Below, piece after piece: positions 20,292 to 31,547 of a stretch of DNA of 64,000 bases. This DNA is from Oligoflexales bacterium (GTDB lineage Bacteria > Bdellovibrionota_B > Oligoflexia > Oligoflexales > Bog-1112), in contig JBGCDR010000108.1 of the NCBI GenBank assembly GCA_045105515.1, forward strand, positions 1 through 64,000, in the 5' to 3' direction. The notes under the pieces are model-generated. The model ran no database searches, was not told the DNA's origin, and was given only the letters and a program-made list of their open reading frames with translations. Made by a program: the position numbers and the translations under genes. The first letter of the stretch is position 1, and every line of letters begins with the position of its first letter.

Positions 20292-21563
20292 GTGTATCAA
20301 TTGGTCTATCGGCTAGCATTTACATCTTGGGCTTTGATGAGCAGCCTCCAGCTAATAGCTGCCGAGGATGAAAAAGAATATCCATTTTTCAGTCATAATG
20401 TCGATTTTAGCTTACTTTGGGTCGATGAGCTTAAGAGGCCTGTGAAAGGACTTAATTCTGACTCTCAGCCATCATCAAGCGAAAGCAGTGATGCCCAAGT
20501 TTCTCATGGCAGTAGAGCGATAGGGCTGGAGCATCTGAAAATAGGTTTAGCATGGCAGTTCCATCAAAATAGTCGGCTCCAATTTATACTAAGACCTGAT
20601 GCTAGCTTAGCTCGTGGTGGCGAAAACGTACAAAACAGGCAGATCGATACCCGTGCTGGAGATGTCTATAAAGAATCTAGTCCTATTCAGCTCCTCGATT
20701 CTTATCAAGCAGTTTTGGTCCTTGGGGCAAAAGCAGACCTGGCTATTGGAGTATGGGATGAGATCATACCTTATGAGATGAGTTACAAGCCCTTATTAGC
20801 TTATGGTCTGCAGGTTAGGCTACCAGAATATTTTAGTGGTCTGAAGCTCAATTGGGGTGGGAAGGAAGCTAAGCCTAATTTGCCAGGGCAGTTTCATGGA
20901 AAATTAGCATATGAACTTTTTCTTATCCAAGGAGATAATGATCGCTCTGAACAAATTGGGGGGAAAACCCAAGCTTTTGAACAGGCGCCTGTTGCCGCTG
21001 ATCCATACTTGGGAGGTTCGGCCCGTCTATTGTGGTGGCCACTAGAGGGTTATCGCATTAGCTTATTGTTTGGATATGGTGAAGAAGGGACAGGCCCTGA
21101 TCGTAGTAAGGTAACTTTTGGCGATGTTGGGCTCATCCAACAATTGAGTAGCTCTATGCGACCAGTGCAGTTGAATTGGAATGCTCGCTATTATCTAGAA
21201 AGCTTCACTCATAGCGTGCAAAAGCTCGAACCTGTGTATCAGTTTAGCTTTTCGGGTACAGCTAGCATCTGGGTCTTGCCTGAACACCGGTTTTTGATGG
21301 GGGCTCATATAGGTAGAAGTGAGCGCCATAGTAGCAGAGCTAACGCTGAAAATTTACTGCATTATGGTCATCAGATGGACCTTGGATGGGACTATCAGTT
21401 CGCCTCAGGCCTGAGTTTACAATTTATGCTCAGTGAAGAGCATCGAGAGATCTTAAGTGAGGATGATGACGTCGCAGATGCATTTCGCAATGACCTAGAA
21501 GTAAAAAAAATGCTCCGAAGATTTGCCATTGCAATTCAATACCAAGTTGATCAAGGCTTATAG
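20292..21563 (+). CDS. Putative outer-membrane beta-barrel (porin-like) protein
   Basis: GTG 20292 after AAGGAG; signal-peptide-like N-terminus; alternating aromatic/hydrophobic strands, last strand FAIAIQYQV. ORF track start is 20217. Confidence 0.6.
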   Translation: MYQLVYRLAFTSWALMSSLQLIAAEDEKEYPFFSHNVDFSLLWVDELKRPVKGLNSDSQPSSSESSDAQVSHGSRAIGLEHLKIGLAWQFHQNSRLQFILRPDASLARGGENVQNRQIDTRAGDVYKESSPIQLLDSYQAVLVLGAKADLAIGVWDEIIPYEMSYKPLLAYGLQVRLPEYFSGLKLNWGGKEAKPNLPGQFHGKLAYELFLIQGDNDRSEQIGGKTQAFEQAPVAADPYLGGSARLLWWPLEGYRISLLFGYGEEGTGPDRSKVTFGDVGLIQQLSSSMRPVQLNWNARYYLESFTHSVQKLEPVYQFSFSGTASIWVLPEHRFLMGAHIGRSERHSSRANAENLLHYGHQMDLGWDYQFASGLSLQFMLSEEHREILSEDDDVADAFRNDLEVKKMLRRFAIAIQYQVDQGL

Positions 21564-21590
21564 TTAAACCCAAAATAAGGTCCAAGTACT

Positions 21591-22985
21591 ATGTTTGTGC
21601 AAAAAAGATTTGGAGCAAACTTTAGGCATTTATTAGTAGCAATTATCTTCTGTTTTTTATGGCATGCACTTTCCTTGCAAGTATTTGCAGAAGCGCAGCA
21701 AGTAAAGGTTGAAGAAAAGCAATTTTTCAAGGAGAAGAAAAAGCTAAAACCCTTTCCTGATGCGGAGAGTTACACCAGTATCGGAGTCCTTGTCGATTGC
21801 TTACATGACTTCAACCTTGGAGCTGGGGAGGCTCAAAATTGTCTTACCTTAAATGGACTAAGACTAAACATTGAGGAGCGTTTTCATTCTGAGCTAAGGG
21901 CTAAGGTAAGCTTAGACCCCTTCGCTACCCTCAACAGTAGGTATGATGGCGTAGCCATGCATCAAAACAAGCCATACTTATCTCAGTATAGTCGCCTTGG
22001 CCCCATTGCAGACTATCAGCTTATTTGGAGCCCAAGAAAAAACCTTGAGCTAGCCTTGGAGCTATACAAAGGTGCAAGTTATTTTCCAAATACTAGCAAG
22101 TTGTCTCTTGGGGGTAGTTTGGCTGATAGTGGCTGGAAGCAAAGTGCGGTTTCAGTCACTTATTTGTTGCCAATGCTAGAAGGAGTAATTGTCAAATTTG
22201 TCGGTGGTAATGGTGAGGGTGAGCTTGGTCAAAACACGGACCCGCAGCAGTATTTTGGGTTTGAACTTCATGGAGAAATTATCAAGGGTCTTGAGTTTCA
22301 TGGAGGCTTTTCCTTAGATGGTAATCATGTTGGTTCATCTGTTCAAGAATGGGAACGAGCGAAGATGTCTACTGGGTGTAATAACCTTGAATGGTCTCAG
22401 GAGTCGGTGGGCTTTACAACGCGGAGAACCTCAGCTGCAATTGAGACCAACGGACGTTTACCCTTTGCTCAAGGGCTAAAAATGGGTGTTGGGTGGCAAA
22501 AGAGTATTTTTTCTGATCTCGATAAAGACAAGGCTTCGGCACCTTCCTTATCTGATTTGGAGCAATGCAATAAGTTAGATCCTGACTATTTATTCTTGGA
22601 AGACCCAGGCAATTCAGTTGCAAATTCTATTGATTATACTATGTTGGGTCTTAATGCTTCATACCTTATCCTAGATACTTACTTTCTAGGCTTTGACTAT
22701 GAGAAGCGAACCATTAGCTCTGATCTAGAATATTTTCAGCTTTGCGAGAGCTATGTAGGCAGCGAATGTCTTAACCCTTCATCTGCAAGAGACAAGTTAG
22801 AACAGTGGGCCTATACTGTGGGCATGGGTTTGAAGCTTAGTGAGGGACTTATATTTTCTTTGTCTTACAATACCTCTTCTTTTGCCCATCTTTACAAAAA
22901 GTTTTATTATGAAGATCCAAAAGGAAATGGCACCAATCAGAGAGAAATTTTTAACGCTAGAGTTGCCTATAACTGGGGATCTTAA
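21591..22985 (+). CDS. Putative outer-membrane beta-barrel (porin-like) protein
   Basis: Signal peptide ending VFA|E; amphipathic strands; C-terminal FNARVAYNW; weak similarity to the upstream ORF. Confidence 0.65.
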   Translation: MFVQKRFGANFRHLLVAIIFCFLWHALSLQVFAEAQQVKVEEKQFFKEKKKLKPFPDAESYTSIGVLVDCLHDFNLGAGEAQNCLTLNGLRLNIEERFHSELRAKVSLDPFATLNSRYDGVAMHQNKPYLSQYSRLGPIADYQLIWSPRKNLELALELYKGASYFPNTSKLSLGGSLADSGWKQSAVSVTYLLPMLEGVIVKFVGGNGEGELGQNTDPQQYFGFELHGEIIKGLEFHGGFSLDGNHVGSSVQEWERAKMSTGCNNLEWSQESVGFTTRRTSAAIETNGRLPFAQGLKMGVGWQKSIFSDLDKDKASAPSLSDLEQCNKLDPDYLFLEDPGNSVANSIDYTMLGLNASYLILDTYFLGFDYEKRTISSDLEYFQLCESYVGSECLNPSSARDKLEQWAYTVGMGLKLSEGLIFSLSYNTSSFAHLYKKFYYEDPKGNGTNQREIFNARVAYNWGS

Positions 22986-23059
22986 CAGAGAATATTTACT
23001 AGCATCCAAAGCTGATTTTGGTATAAGCGTGACATTGGTTAGTTTTTCTAGGAGTCGAC

Positions 23060-23608
23060 ATGGTAAAGCATCCTATTCTTCCTCTTATGATCTTAGTAGG
23101 GCTATCTAGCGCCTGCATGGAACAATATAAGCCTTTTGCATTTTGGAAAAAATTGGAAGAAGAGAGAAAATCTGCTCAAACAAATGGTGAAGTGATCGCT
23201 CGCAATGGTGATGTCAAGTACCTCGGTGATGATGGTAAGTTGGTTGTGGAAAAGGCAGACACTGGTGAGGACCCCAAGTTAAGCGAGACTGCCGATCAGA
23301 TTTATGGAAGCTTTTGCTCAACCTGTCACGGACAAAACGGCGAGGGCATGGCTGCTGTGGGCGGCCGAAATTTCCAGGATGCTGTATGGCAAAAAGTGGC
23401 AACAGATGAACAAATCAAACTTGCTCTTAAAGTAGGAACGGCTGCTATTAAAACAGACTACCCCGAGGCCTATGCCGAAGTCCAAAAGAGGCCAGGTGAT
23501 CTTGGTATTTTTAAAGGGACCATGATGCCTTCAGGTGGGCGGGTTCCTGCGTTGACAGATCTGCAGATTGATGAGCTTATCAAGAAAATCCGCTCTTTTG
23601 CCAAGTAA
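23060..23608 (+). CDS. Lipoprotein monoheme c-type cytochrome
   Basis: Lipobox LSSA|C; single CSTCH; distal MMP; C-terminal LTDLQIDELIKKIRSF helix. Confidence 0.88.
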   Translation: MVKHPILPLMILVGLSSACMEQYKPFAFWKKLEEERKSAQTNGEVIARNGDVKYLGDDGKLVVEKADTGEDPKLSETADQIYGSFCSTCHGQNGEGMAAVGGRNFQDAVWQKVATDEQIKLALKVGTAAIKTDYPEAYAEVQKRPGDLGIFKGTMMPSGGRVPALTDLQIDELIKKIRSFAK

Positions 23609-23684
23609 CTATCTATTTGCTCTTCGACCAATAAATTGATCAGCTTGTAATACTCTGAACTTTGGTCAGGCAGTCTTTATAAAG

Positions 23685-23719
23685 GATGCCTTTACCCTCA
23701 CTGGGTTCGGGGGCATGAC
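23685..23719 (-). repeat. REP-like element copy
   Basis: GATGCC...CTCACTGGGTTCGGGGCATGACA shares CTCACTGGGTTCGG and the ATGACA end with the copy at 15451-15486. Confidence 0.65.
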
Positions 23720-23721
23720 AC

Positions 23722-24129
23722 TTAGCCTTGCTGCTTCTCTTGCTTTGCTTGGCTAGAACTTGGCTTGCTATCTGCGCTTTCGGCATGGGATTGATCTGGC
23801 TGTGCATGTGATTCATGGGAATTATCTTGCTTGTCTTTGGGGTCAACGGATACCGATCCATCAGGACCTTCGTGCGGGGTATCTTCTTTTTTTTCTTTTT
23901 TACCAGGACTTACGAGCTTAGTAATGTGTTCGCGTTCTTCTCGGCGAATTTCTTGCTCTGCTTCTTGGATCACATCATCCATAGTACTTTTTACATCGGT
24001 GGTCATCCGTCTAACCTGTACAAAAAACTTTCCCGCCTGCTTCATCATCTCCGGCAGCTTTTTAGGGCCAACGAACACGAGTGCAACCACAATAATGACA
24101 CAAAGTTCAACAAAACCGATTCCGAACAT
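23722..24129 (-). CDS. tatB: Twin-arginine translocase subunit TatB
   Basis: MFGIGFVEL..I.VVAL.FVGPKKLP, amphipathic helix, charged tail. Confidence 0.88.
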   Translation of the reverse strand: MFGIGFVELCVIIVVALVFVGPKKLPEMMKQAGKFFVQVRRMTTDVKSTMDDVIQEAEQEIRREEREHITKLVSPGKKEKKEDTPHEGPDGSVSVDPKDKQDNSHESHAQPDQSHAESADSKPSSSQAKQEKQQG

Positions 24130-24367
24130 ATTGACAAGCCTTTGTTGGCAAAGAGTTTACATCAGTCAGTCCAGTATGAAGTTTAGTTTATTACTGATTA
24201 ATGATAAACCAAATACCAGAGGATTGTGACTTCCGCTGCTGAGGAAATTTTACCCCATTTCTCCCGGTAAAATCAGAGAGTCTGCTCCCTTATTATTACC
24301 AAAATAGGTTGTTTATCAATATATTCTCTGAAAAACCATAGGTTTGTTTGTAGAAAGGATACTTTGA

Positions 24368-25363
24368 ATGATTGTAATAACAGGTGGGGCAGGCTTTATT
24401 GGAAGTGCTATGCTTTGGCGCCTGAATCAAGAAGGTCGTAATGACCTGATTGTTGTGGATAACTTGGGGATAAGTCCCAAATGGAAAAACTTAACTAAGC
24501 GGGATACTTACCTTTGTATGCACAAGGATAAGTTTTTGGAAGACTTGGGTGATCTTGGGAAAAAATACCCAATTGATGCCATCATCCACATGGGAGCTTG
24601 TTCTTCTACCGCAGAAAAGAATATGGACTATCTTCTTGAGAATAATGTCCAATACTCGATTTCCTTGTTTGAATACTGTAGCGACAATCAGATACCATTT
24701 ATCTATGCATCTTCCGCTGCAACCTATGGGGCTGGAGAATGTGGCTATAGTGATGACCTTGAGGGAATTAAGCGATTAAGGCCTATAAATCCTTATGGTT
24801 TTAGCAAACAGTTGTTTGACCTGTGGGTGATGAAGCAAAAACAAACTCCGCCTTTTTGGGCAGGCTTAAAGTTTTTCAACGTTTTTGGCCCAAATGAGTA
24901 CCATAAAGAAGGTATGCGCAGTCTTGTATGCAAAGCGATCCCCCAGATCAAAGAGCATCAAACTTTGAAACTTTTTGAGTCCTATAAAGATGGGGTCGCC
25001 CATGGTGAGCAAAAACGTGATTTCGTTTACGTTAAAGATGTCATCGAAGTGATACTGCATTTTTTAACAGAGTCTCAAAGGACCAGCTCGCAAGTTCAAT
25101 CTGGGATTTATAATGTAGGCAGTGGACAAGCACGTAGCTTCGCGGATTTGGGTCGTGCAGTGTTTACTGCTATGGGATTAGAAAGCACTTTTGAATGGAT
25201 TCCGATGCCTGAGGAAATTAGGCATGGTTATCAGTATTTCACGCAAGCTGATTTAGGTTTGCTACGATCAAGGGGAGGGTATAAAAAGGATTTTACACCC
25301 CTTGAAGAAGGCGTCAGGGACTATGTCCAAAACTACCTTTTAGGAGATGATCCATTCCTTTGA
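24368..25363 (+). CDS. rfaD: ADP-L-glycero-D-manno-heptose 6-epimerase
   Basis: MIVITGGAGFIGS, HMGACSST, YASSAATYG, YGFSK, FNVFGPNEYHK..M.S, YQYFTQAD. Confidence 0.95.
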   Translation: MIVITGGAGFIGSAMLWRLNQEGRNDLIVVDNLGISPKWKNLTKRDTYLCMHKDKFLEDLGDLGKKYPIDAIIHMGACSSTAEKNMDYLLENNVQYSISLFEYCSDNQIPFIYASSAATYGAGECGYSDDLEGIKRLRPINPYGFSKQLFDLWVMKQKQTPPFWAGLKFFNVFGPNEYHKEGMRSLVCKAIPQIKEHQTLKLFESYKDGVAHGEQKRDFVYVKDVIEVILHFLTESQRTSSQVQSGIYNVGSGQARSFADLGRAVFTAMGLESTFEWIPMPEEIRHGYQYFTQADLGLLRSRGGYKKDFTPLEEGVRDYVQNYLLGDDPFL

Positions 25364-26712
25364 GATGCTTTATGCTTCTAATGCTGCTGGTTTTTTCTCC
25401 AAGAGCATACCCACGTTTAGCCTTCAAACAAATTACCAGTGTTAATAATGGCTCTAACTCTTTAATCGTTAGTAAGCTTGTTTTTCATGGTTTGAAACGC
25501 ACTAATATGGACTGGCTTCGCTACTATTTGGGACTAGAAAAGCTTCCGGTCACGATGACAGAAAAGCACGCCTATGGTCTAGTTTTAAAGCTTTTGACCA
25601 GCGGTGTTTTTTCTAAAGTTGATGTAGCATTTGAAGAAGACAAGACCCAAAAGGGTAGGATTACTCTCAGATTTGACTGCCAAGAAAAGTGGACAACAAT
25701 CCCCGTACTCCGTGGTCAATATGGTGGAGGAACTCCGCTCTTCGTTGGCGGAGTCTATGATATTCACAGTTTCGGACGATTATGGACTTTAGGAGCCGAA
25801 CTTAGAAAGTATGGTGAATCTACTCCCGGTTCGGTTCTTTATGCCAAGGCACCTCGCTGGGGAAGAGGCCGGCATGTCCTTGGATTTGAATTGTGGCAGG
25901 ATAATCGTCGTCGTAGCTTTTATGATCGCCGTTTTAAAGAAATAGCAGAATTAGAGAGTGAGAATGCAAAAGTTCGCGTTAATATCATGCTCCCTCTTAC
26001 CGGAGATGGTGGGGATAAAGGCTTTCAACTTGGATTTGATCTTTATGGACTCCGCAACTCTAAGGCCTCGATAGAACGCTTTTTTAGCGATGCGGTGTTT
26101 GAGCAGTACTGGAGCAAAGTTGATCTCGCTGGTAGTAAAGATTGGGAGTTATTGCTTTATCCAGCGATTATTTATGATGATGTGCTGATCAATAACATTA
26201 GCTACCATGGCTTACGATTTATAAGTAAGGCAGGTGCAAGCTATCGTGATAGTCATTGGAGTCCCGCTTGGGAATTGGAATCCTACTATTATCACTTGTG
26301 GGGTAATCGTTTTAATCTTGCCCTTCATGGATTTGCTGCTTATCGTGAAAGTAAAACTTTGTCCTCTTTGTATTACCTTGGGGGTTTTGAATCCATTCGC
26401 GGAATTGTAGATGGTGCTATTTTTGGAAATCATGCGGCTTATGCCAATGCAGAAATGCGCTACTTGTTCTATAAGTTTCCCTACCTCTGGTTACAATCCG
26501 CATTTTTTATTGATGGTGGTGGCGCAGCATTCGCCTCACAGGACCTGGCTAAGAACGTACACGCCAGTACTGGAATAGGTCTTAGGCTTGCAGTGCCTCA
26601 GATCTACCGAATGATGGTACGATTTGATATCGCTTTTAGCTTAAATAATCCAGGTGAGTTTGGGATTTCTGCTGGCTTGAATCAGTTATTTCAACCTTAT
26701 CGTCCTTTGTAG
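25360..26712 (+). CDS. Omp85/BamA-superfamily outer-membrane protein (single POTRA-like domain)
   Basis: Signal peptide, GLKRT...EKW POTRA-like segment, LGGFESIRG (VRG-type loop), FIDGG, GIGLRL; 4-nt overlap with rfaD. Confidence 0.75.
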   Translation: MRCFMLLMLLVFSPRAYPRLAFKQITSVNNGSNSLIVSKLVFHGLKRTNMDWLRYYLGLEKLPVTMTEKHAYGLVLKLLTSGVFSKVDVAFEEDKTQKGRITLRFDCQEKWTTIPVLRGQYGGGTPLFVGGVYDIHSFGRLWTLGAELRKYGESTPGSVLYAKAPRWGRGRHVLGFELWQDNRRRSFYDRRFKEIAELESENAKVRVNIMLPLTGDGGDKGFQLGFDLYGLRNSKASIERFFSDAVFEQYWSKVDLAGSKDWELLLYPAIIYDDVLINNISYHGLRFISKAGASYRDSHWSPAWELESYYYHLWGNRFNLALHGFAAYRESKTLSSLYYLGGFESIRGIVDGAIFGNHAAYANAEMRYLFYKFPYLWLQSAFFIDGGGAAFASQDLAKNVHASTGIGLRLAVPQIYRMMVRFDIAFSLNNPGEFGISAGLNQLFQPYRPL

Positions 26713-26803
26713 TTTTGTGAAGAAAGCTATCGAGGGAGCTCAGGGGCTATTTAAACTTCTCAGTCGAAGTGGCTAGTGTTTTGCAGTCGGCATAAACACC
26801 CGT

Positions 26804-26842
26804 TCATCACCCCCAGCACAGAGTGTGAGGCTTTGGTGATCC
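26804..26842 (+). repeat. REP-like element copy
   Basis: TCATCACCCCCAGCACAGAGTGTGAGGCTTTGGTGATCC is a near reverse complement of 37731-37770. Confidence 0.8.
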
Positions 26843-26898
26843 TTGACTAAGATTGCCTAAGGGTTTGAAAGGTGACTAGGTTAGGGATAGCATCAAAG

Positions 26899-27693
26899 TT
26901 ACCGAAAGCAGCTGAGCTCCGAGGGAGAGTTTGGTCGTATGCTACCTTGGAAGTATTCGACTTTTAGTGTTCTGGCTTGTTGATTGATTTTAAATAAGAG
27001 ATTTAACTTTCGTTGATCCATGTAAAAGAGGATATGGGCTTTTTTCTCTTCTGGGTTTCGGTTTGGAGTTTCTTTGTAGCTGGCTAGTTTACCGGCTCGT
27101 TCGGTAGGTAAGCGATTGTCAGGTGCATAACGACGTAGATAGAAACTTTCGTCTTCAAATATGCTGACCTTCCATAAGTGCTTATCGTCAAAGCAAGTCC
27201 AAGAGTCAAAAAGACTAAACAGAGATTCGCTTGTTTCACTGGCCTCATTTTGTTCATCAGTGTTGTCTTTTAGCTGCAAGTTGATTTGAACTTCCTTATT
27301 ATAAATTCGTAGCTGGGGGCTTTGATGATTGTATTGAAAGCTTTCAGGTATGGGTCTTACCGCATAGAGCTTGGCACTTGATTTTTCTACTTTAAGAAGA
27401 ATGGTTCTATCAGAGTTTACAACATACTTGCCTTTGACAAAGTTGCTTGAGTGCTCAGGAAAGTTGAGGTGATAGACCTGATTTGCAAAAAATTTCATTT
27501 GAACTGATGCAGAGTTTGCTGTTTGTCCAGCTCTTTGGGCCCTTTGAGTTCCGGTCCATGTGCCAATAATCCATGAAGAACCTTGTGAGGAGCCTTGTTC
27601 GCCTTCAGATGGTTCAAGATTTTCTTGTTCACCACATCCACTTAAGAAAACGATAAAGATGCTCAGCAAAAGCAAAGCTTTTTGGTGATTCAT
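26899..27693 (-). CDS. Lipoprotein of unknown function (lipocalin-like beta domains)
   Basis: Lipobox LSG|C; IIGTW motif and a second LFDSW repeat. Confidence 0.6.
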   Translation of the reverse strand: MNHQKALLLLSIFIVFLSGCGEQENLEPSEGEQGSSQGSSWIIGTWTGTQRAQRAGQTANSASVQMKFFANQVYHLNFPEHSSNFVKGKYVVNSDRTILLKVEKSSAKLYAVRPIPESFQYNHQSPQLRIYNKEVQINLQLKDNTDEQNEASETSESLFSLFDSWTCFDDKHLWKVSIFEDESFYLRRYAPDNRLPTERAGKLASYKETPNRNPEEKKAHILFYMDQRKLNLLFKINQQARTLKVEYFQGSIRPNSPSELSCFR

Positions 27694-27751
27694 GGAACCC
27701 AGCCCTTTAAATTGGTGGAAAGACTTTGTTCCTTATTATATCAAGCTTCAA

Positions 27752-27994
27752 TCATTTGGGTCCATCGTGCTCAAAGAGAAATCCAAACCACTGAACTTTA
27801 TTTCCTTTCGAAATTTTTCCGGGTTTGACCAATTTGCAATTCAATTCTTTGGCTTTGTTTTCAGCCCAATCTTCAGCATCTTTTCGATTGGAAAATGGTG
27901 CGGTAGATCGCCAGCCTCTTGTGTTCTTATACTCCTGCTCTAATTCCCACTTTCTCACCTCTAAATCACATGCTATCCCGAGCCTTTGTGCCAT
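27752..27994 (-). CDS. Small hypothetical protein
   Basis: 80 aa; RBS GAGGA; soluble alpha/beta composition. Confidence 0.65.
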   Translation of the reverse strand: MAQRLGIACDLEVRKWELEQEYKNTRGWRSTAPFSNRKDAEDWAENKAKELNCKLVKPGKISKGNKVQWFGFLFEHDGPK

Positions 27995-28077
27995 CGATTC
28001 CTCTTGCTAGTGCATACGGATCAAGGTTCGTCAGTCGCTCTGACGTATTTTAGATTAATTATAAAATAATTAAGATT

Positions 28078-28989
28078 ATGGAAAGGATTAGTATGGATGA
28101 GAAATTATGGATCGAAAATCCACACTTGAAAGTAGGTATTATTCCTAGCCTTGGTGGTCGTGTCACAGATATTTACCTTCAACAAGGGACACAAAAAAAT
28201 AAAAATATTTTGTGGTGGGATACCGAAAACTCTGAGAAAAACTTTGGCTGGCTTCATGGCGGGATGCCTCTATTGTTCCCATTTGCAGGTTGGGTATGGG
28301 ATGGTGAGCAAAAGGGTGCCTACCGTGTGGGCAAAGAGCAGTATCTAATGCCCATTCATGGTTTTGCTCATTCACAGCAGTGGACCATCATTGAAGCTGA
28401 GGAGAGTAGGCTTAGTTTGGGTTTAAAAGATACTAAAGAAAGTCTGCAACAATTTCCTTGGAAATTCAGTGTGCAGCAAAGCTGGGAACTTAGCAATCAT
28501 CAGCTAAGTTATCGCATTGAGGTAGAAAATGATGCGGTTGTAGGGAGTCATGGCCAGCAAAGGATGCCGGTTTCTCTAGGCCTCCATCCTTATTTTTCAG
28601 CGGAAGTATTTCCCCAGGCTCAAGTTGTATTAGAATCTGAGGCCAGGTCCTTTTGTCCGGTCAATTCCCAAGGCAAGGCTGATCAAGAGCAAGCCGTTCA
28701 GAGGATACACTGGGATCTAAGCGAAAAATTTCACCACAATGCCATACTTTGTGATTTTTCAGCTGGAGAAAAACTTTCAGTTCTTAAAACGAAGGACTTA
28801 GCATTGAGCCTTGAGTCTAAGCCAGGCGCTCCCACTCGATGCATGGTCACGTGGTCTGACCTTCAGGGCAAATTCTTCTGTCTTGAGCCATGGATGGGCA
28901 AGCCAGATGCTCTAAATATATCTTGTGGCATTCAGTGGCTTGAGCTTGGAGAAAGGTTGAATTGGTCAGGGTCTCTAAGCTTTTCGTAG
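28078..28989 (+). CDS. Aldose 1-epimerase family protein
   Basis: GGMPLLFPF, HGFA, GLHPYF, FFCLEPW. Confidence 0.9.
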   Translation: MERISMDEKLWIENPHLKVGIIPSLGGRVTDIYLQQGTQKNKNILWWDTENSEKNFGWLHGGMPLLFPFAGWVWDGEQKGAYRVGKEQYLMPIHGFAHSQQWTIIEAEESRLSLGLKDTKESLQQFPWKFSVQQSWELSNHQLSYRIEVENDAVVGSHGQQRMPVSLGLHPYFSAEVFPQAQVVLESEARSFCPVNSQGKADQEQAVQRIHWDLSEKFHHNAILCDFSAGEKLSVLKTKDLALSLESKPGAPTRCMVTWSDLQGKFFCLEPWMGKPDALNISCGIQWLELGERLNWSGSLSFS

Positions 28990-29070
28990 ATCTGGATTTT
29001 GAATAAAATAATCGTTGAACTTGATGTTTTCATCAGCTTAACTGCTACTTATTAAGTTGCGGATGCTTAA

Positions 29071-31052
<1,982 letters not shown>

Positions 31053-31063
31053 ATCTGACCGGC

Positions 31064-31339
31064 TTAGGCTAGGATCACATCTTTTACATCAGGAACTTTT
31101 TCCTTAAAAATGGGAATGATCCCATTGAATAAGGTGATTTGACTAGAAGGGCAACCCGAGCATCCGCCAAACATTTTTAGGGTCACAATTCCGTCATCCA
31201 CATCAACCAGCTCGCATCCTCCGGCGTGCATCTCAAGGTAAGGGTTGATATCTTCTTCGATGACTTTTTTGATTTGATCTATCATACCTAACTCCTTGTG
31301 GTTTTCAGGTTTTTCATTATTTTCCACTATATTCCTCAC
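31064..31339 (-). CDS. NifU C-terminal domain (Nfu-type Fe-S carrier) protein
   Basis: INPYLEMHAGG.ELVDV...GGCSGCPSS.ITL. Confidence 0.9.
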   Translation of the reverse strand: MRNIVENNEKPENHKELGMIDQIKKVIEEDINPYLEMHAGGCELVDVDDGIVTLKMFGGCSGCPSSQITLFNGIIPIFKEKVPDVKDVILA

Positions 31340-31547
31340 TACTCTAAGTCTTTTAACTTACATTATTAACTGGGCCCAATCTTGTTTAATAAAGTTCTGT
31401 TCTTATTCAGTAATTTTCTGCGGCTTACATTGCTTTTCTCAGCAGCAGGCCCTTGTTGGGTCTCAATCAGATTGTGCCGTGAATCCAGGGCATTATTGTT
31501 ATGCCCTTTTTCTATGAACCTATAATCGGCTTATTCTAGCATATACT

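Noticed and set aside
31487..31512. Terminator-like hairpin AGGGCAT-N7-ATGCCCT-TTTT
   Set aside because: The U-tract is on the plus strand while both flanking genes are on the minus strand; it cannot be assigned to a transcript.
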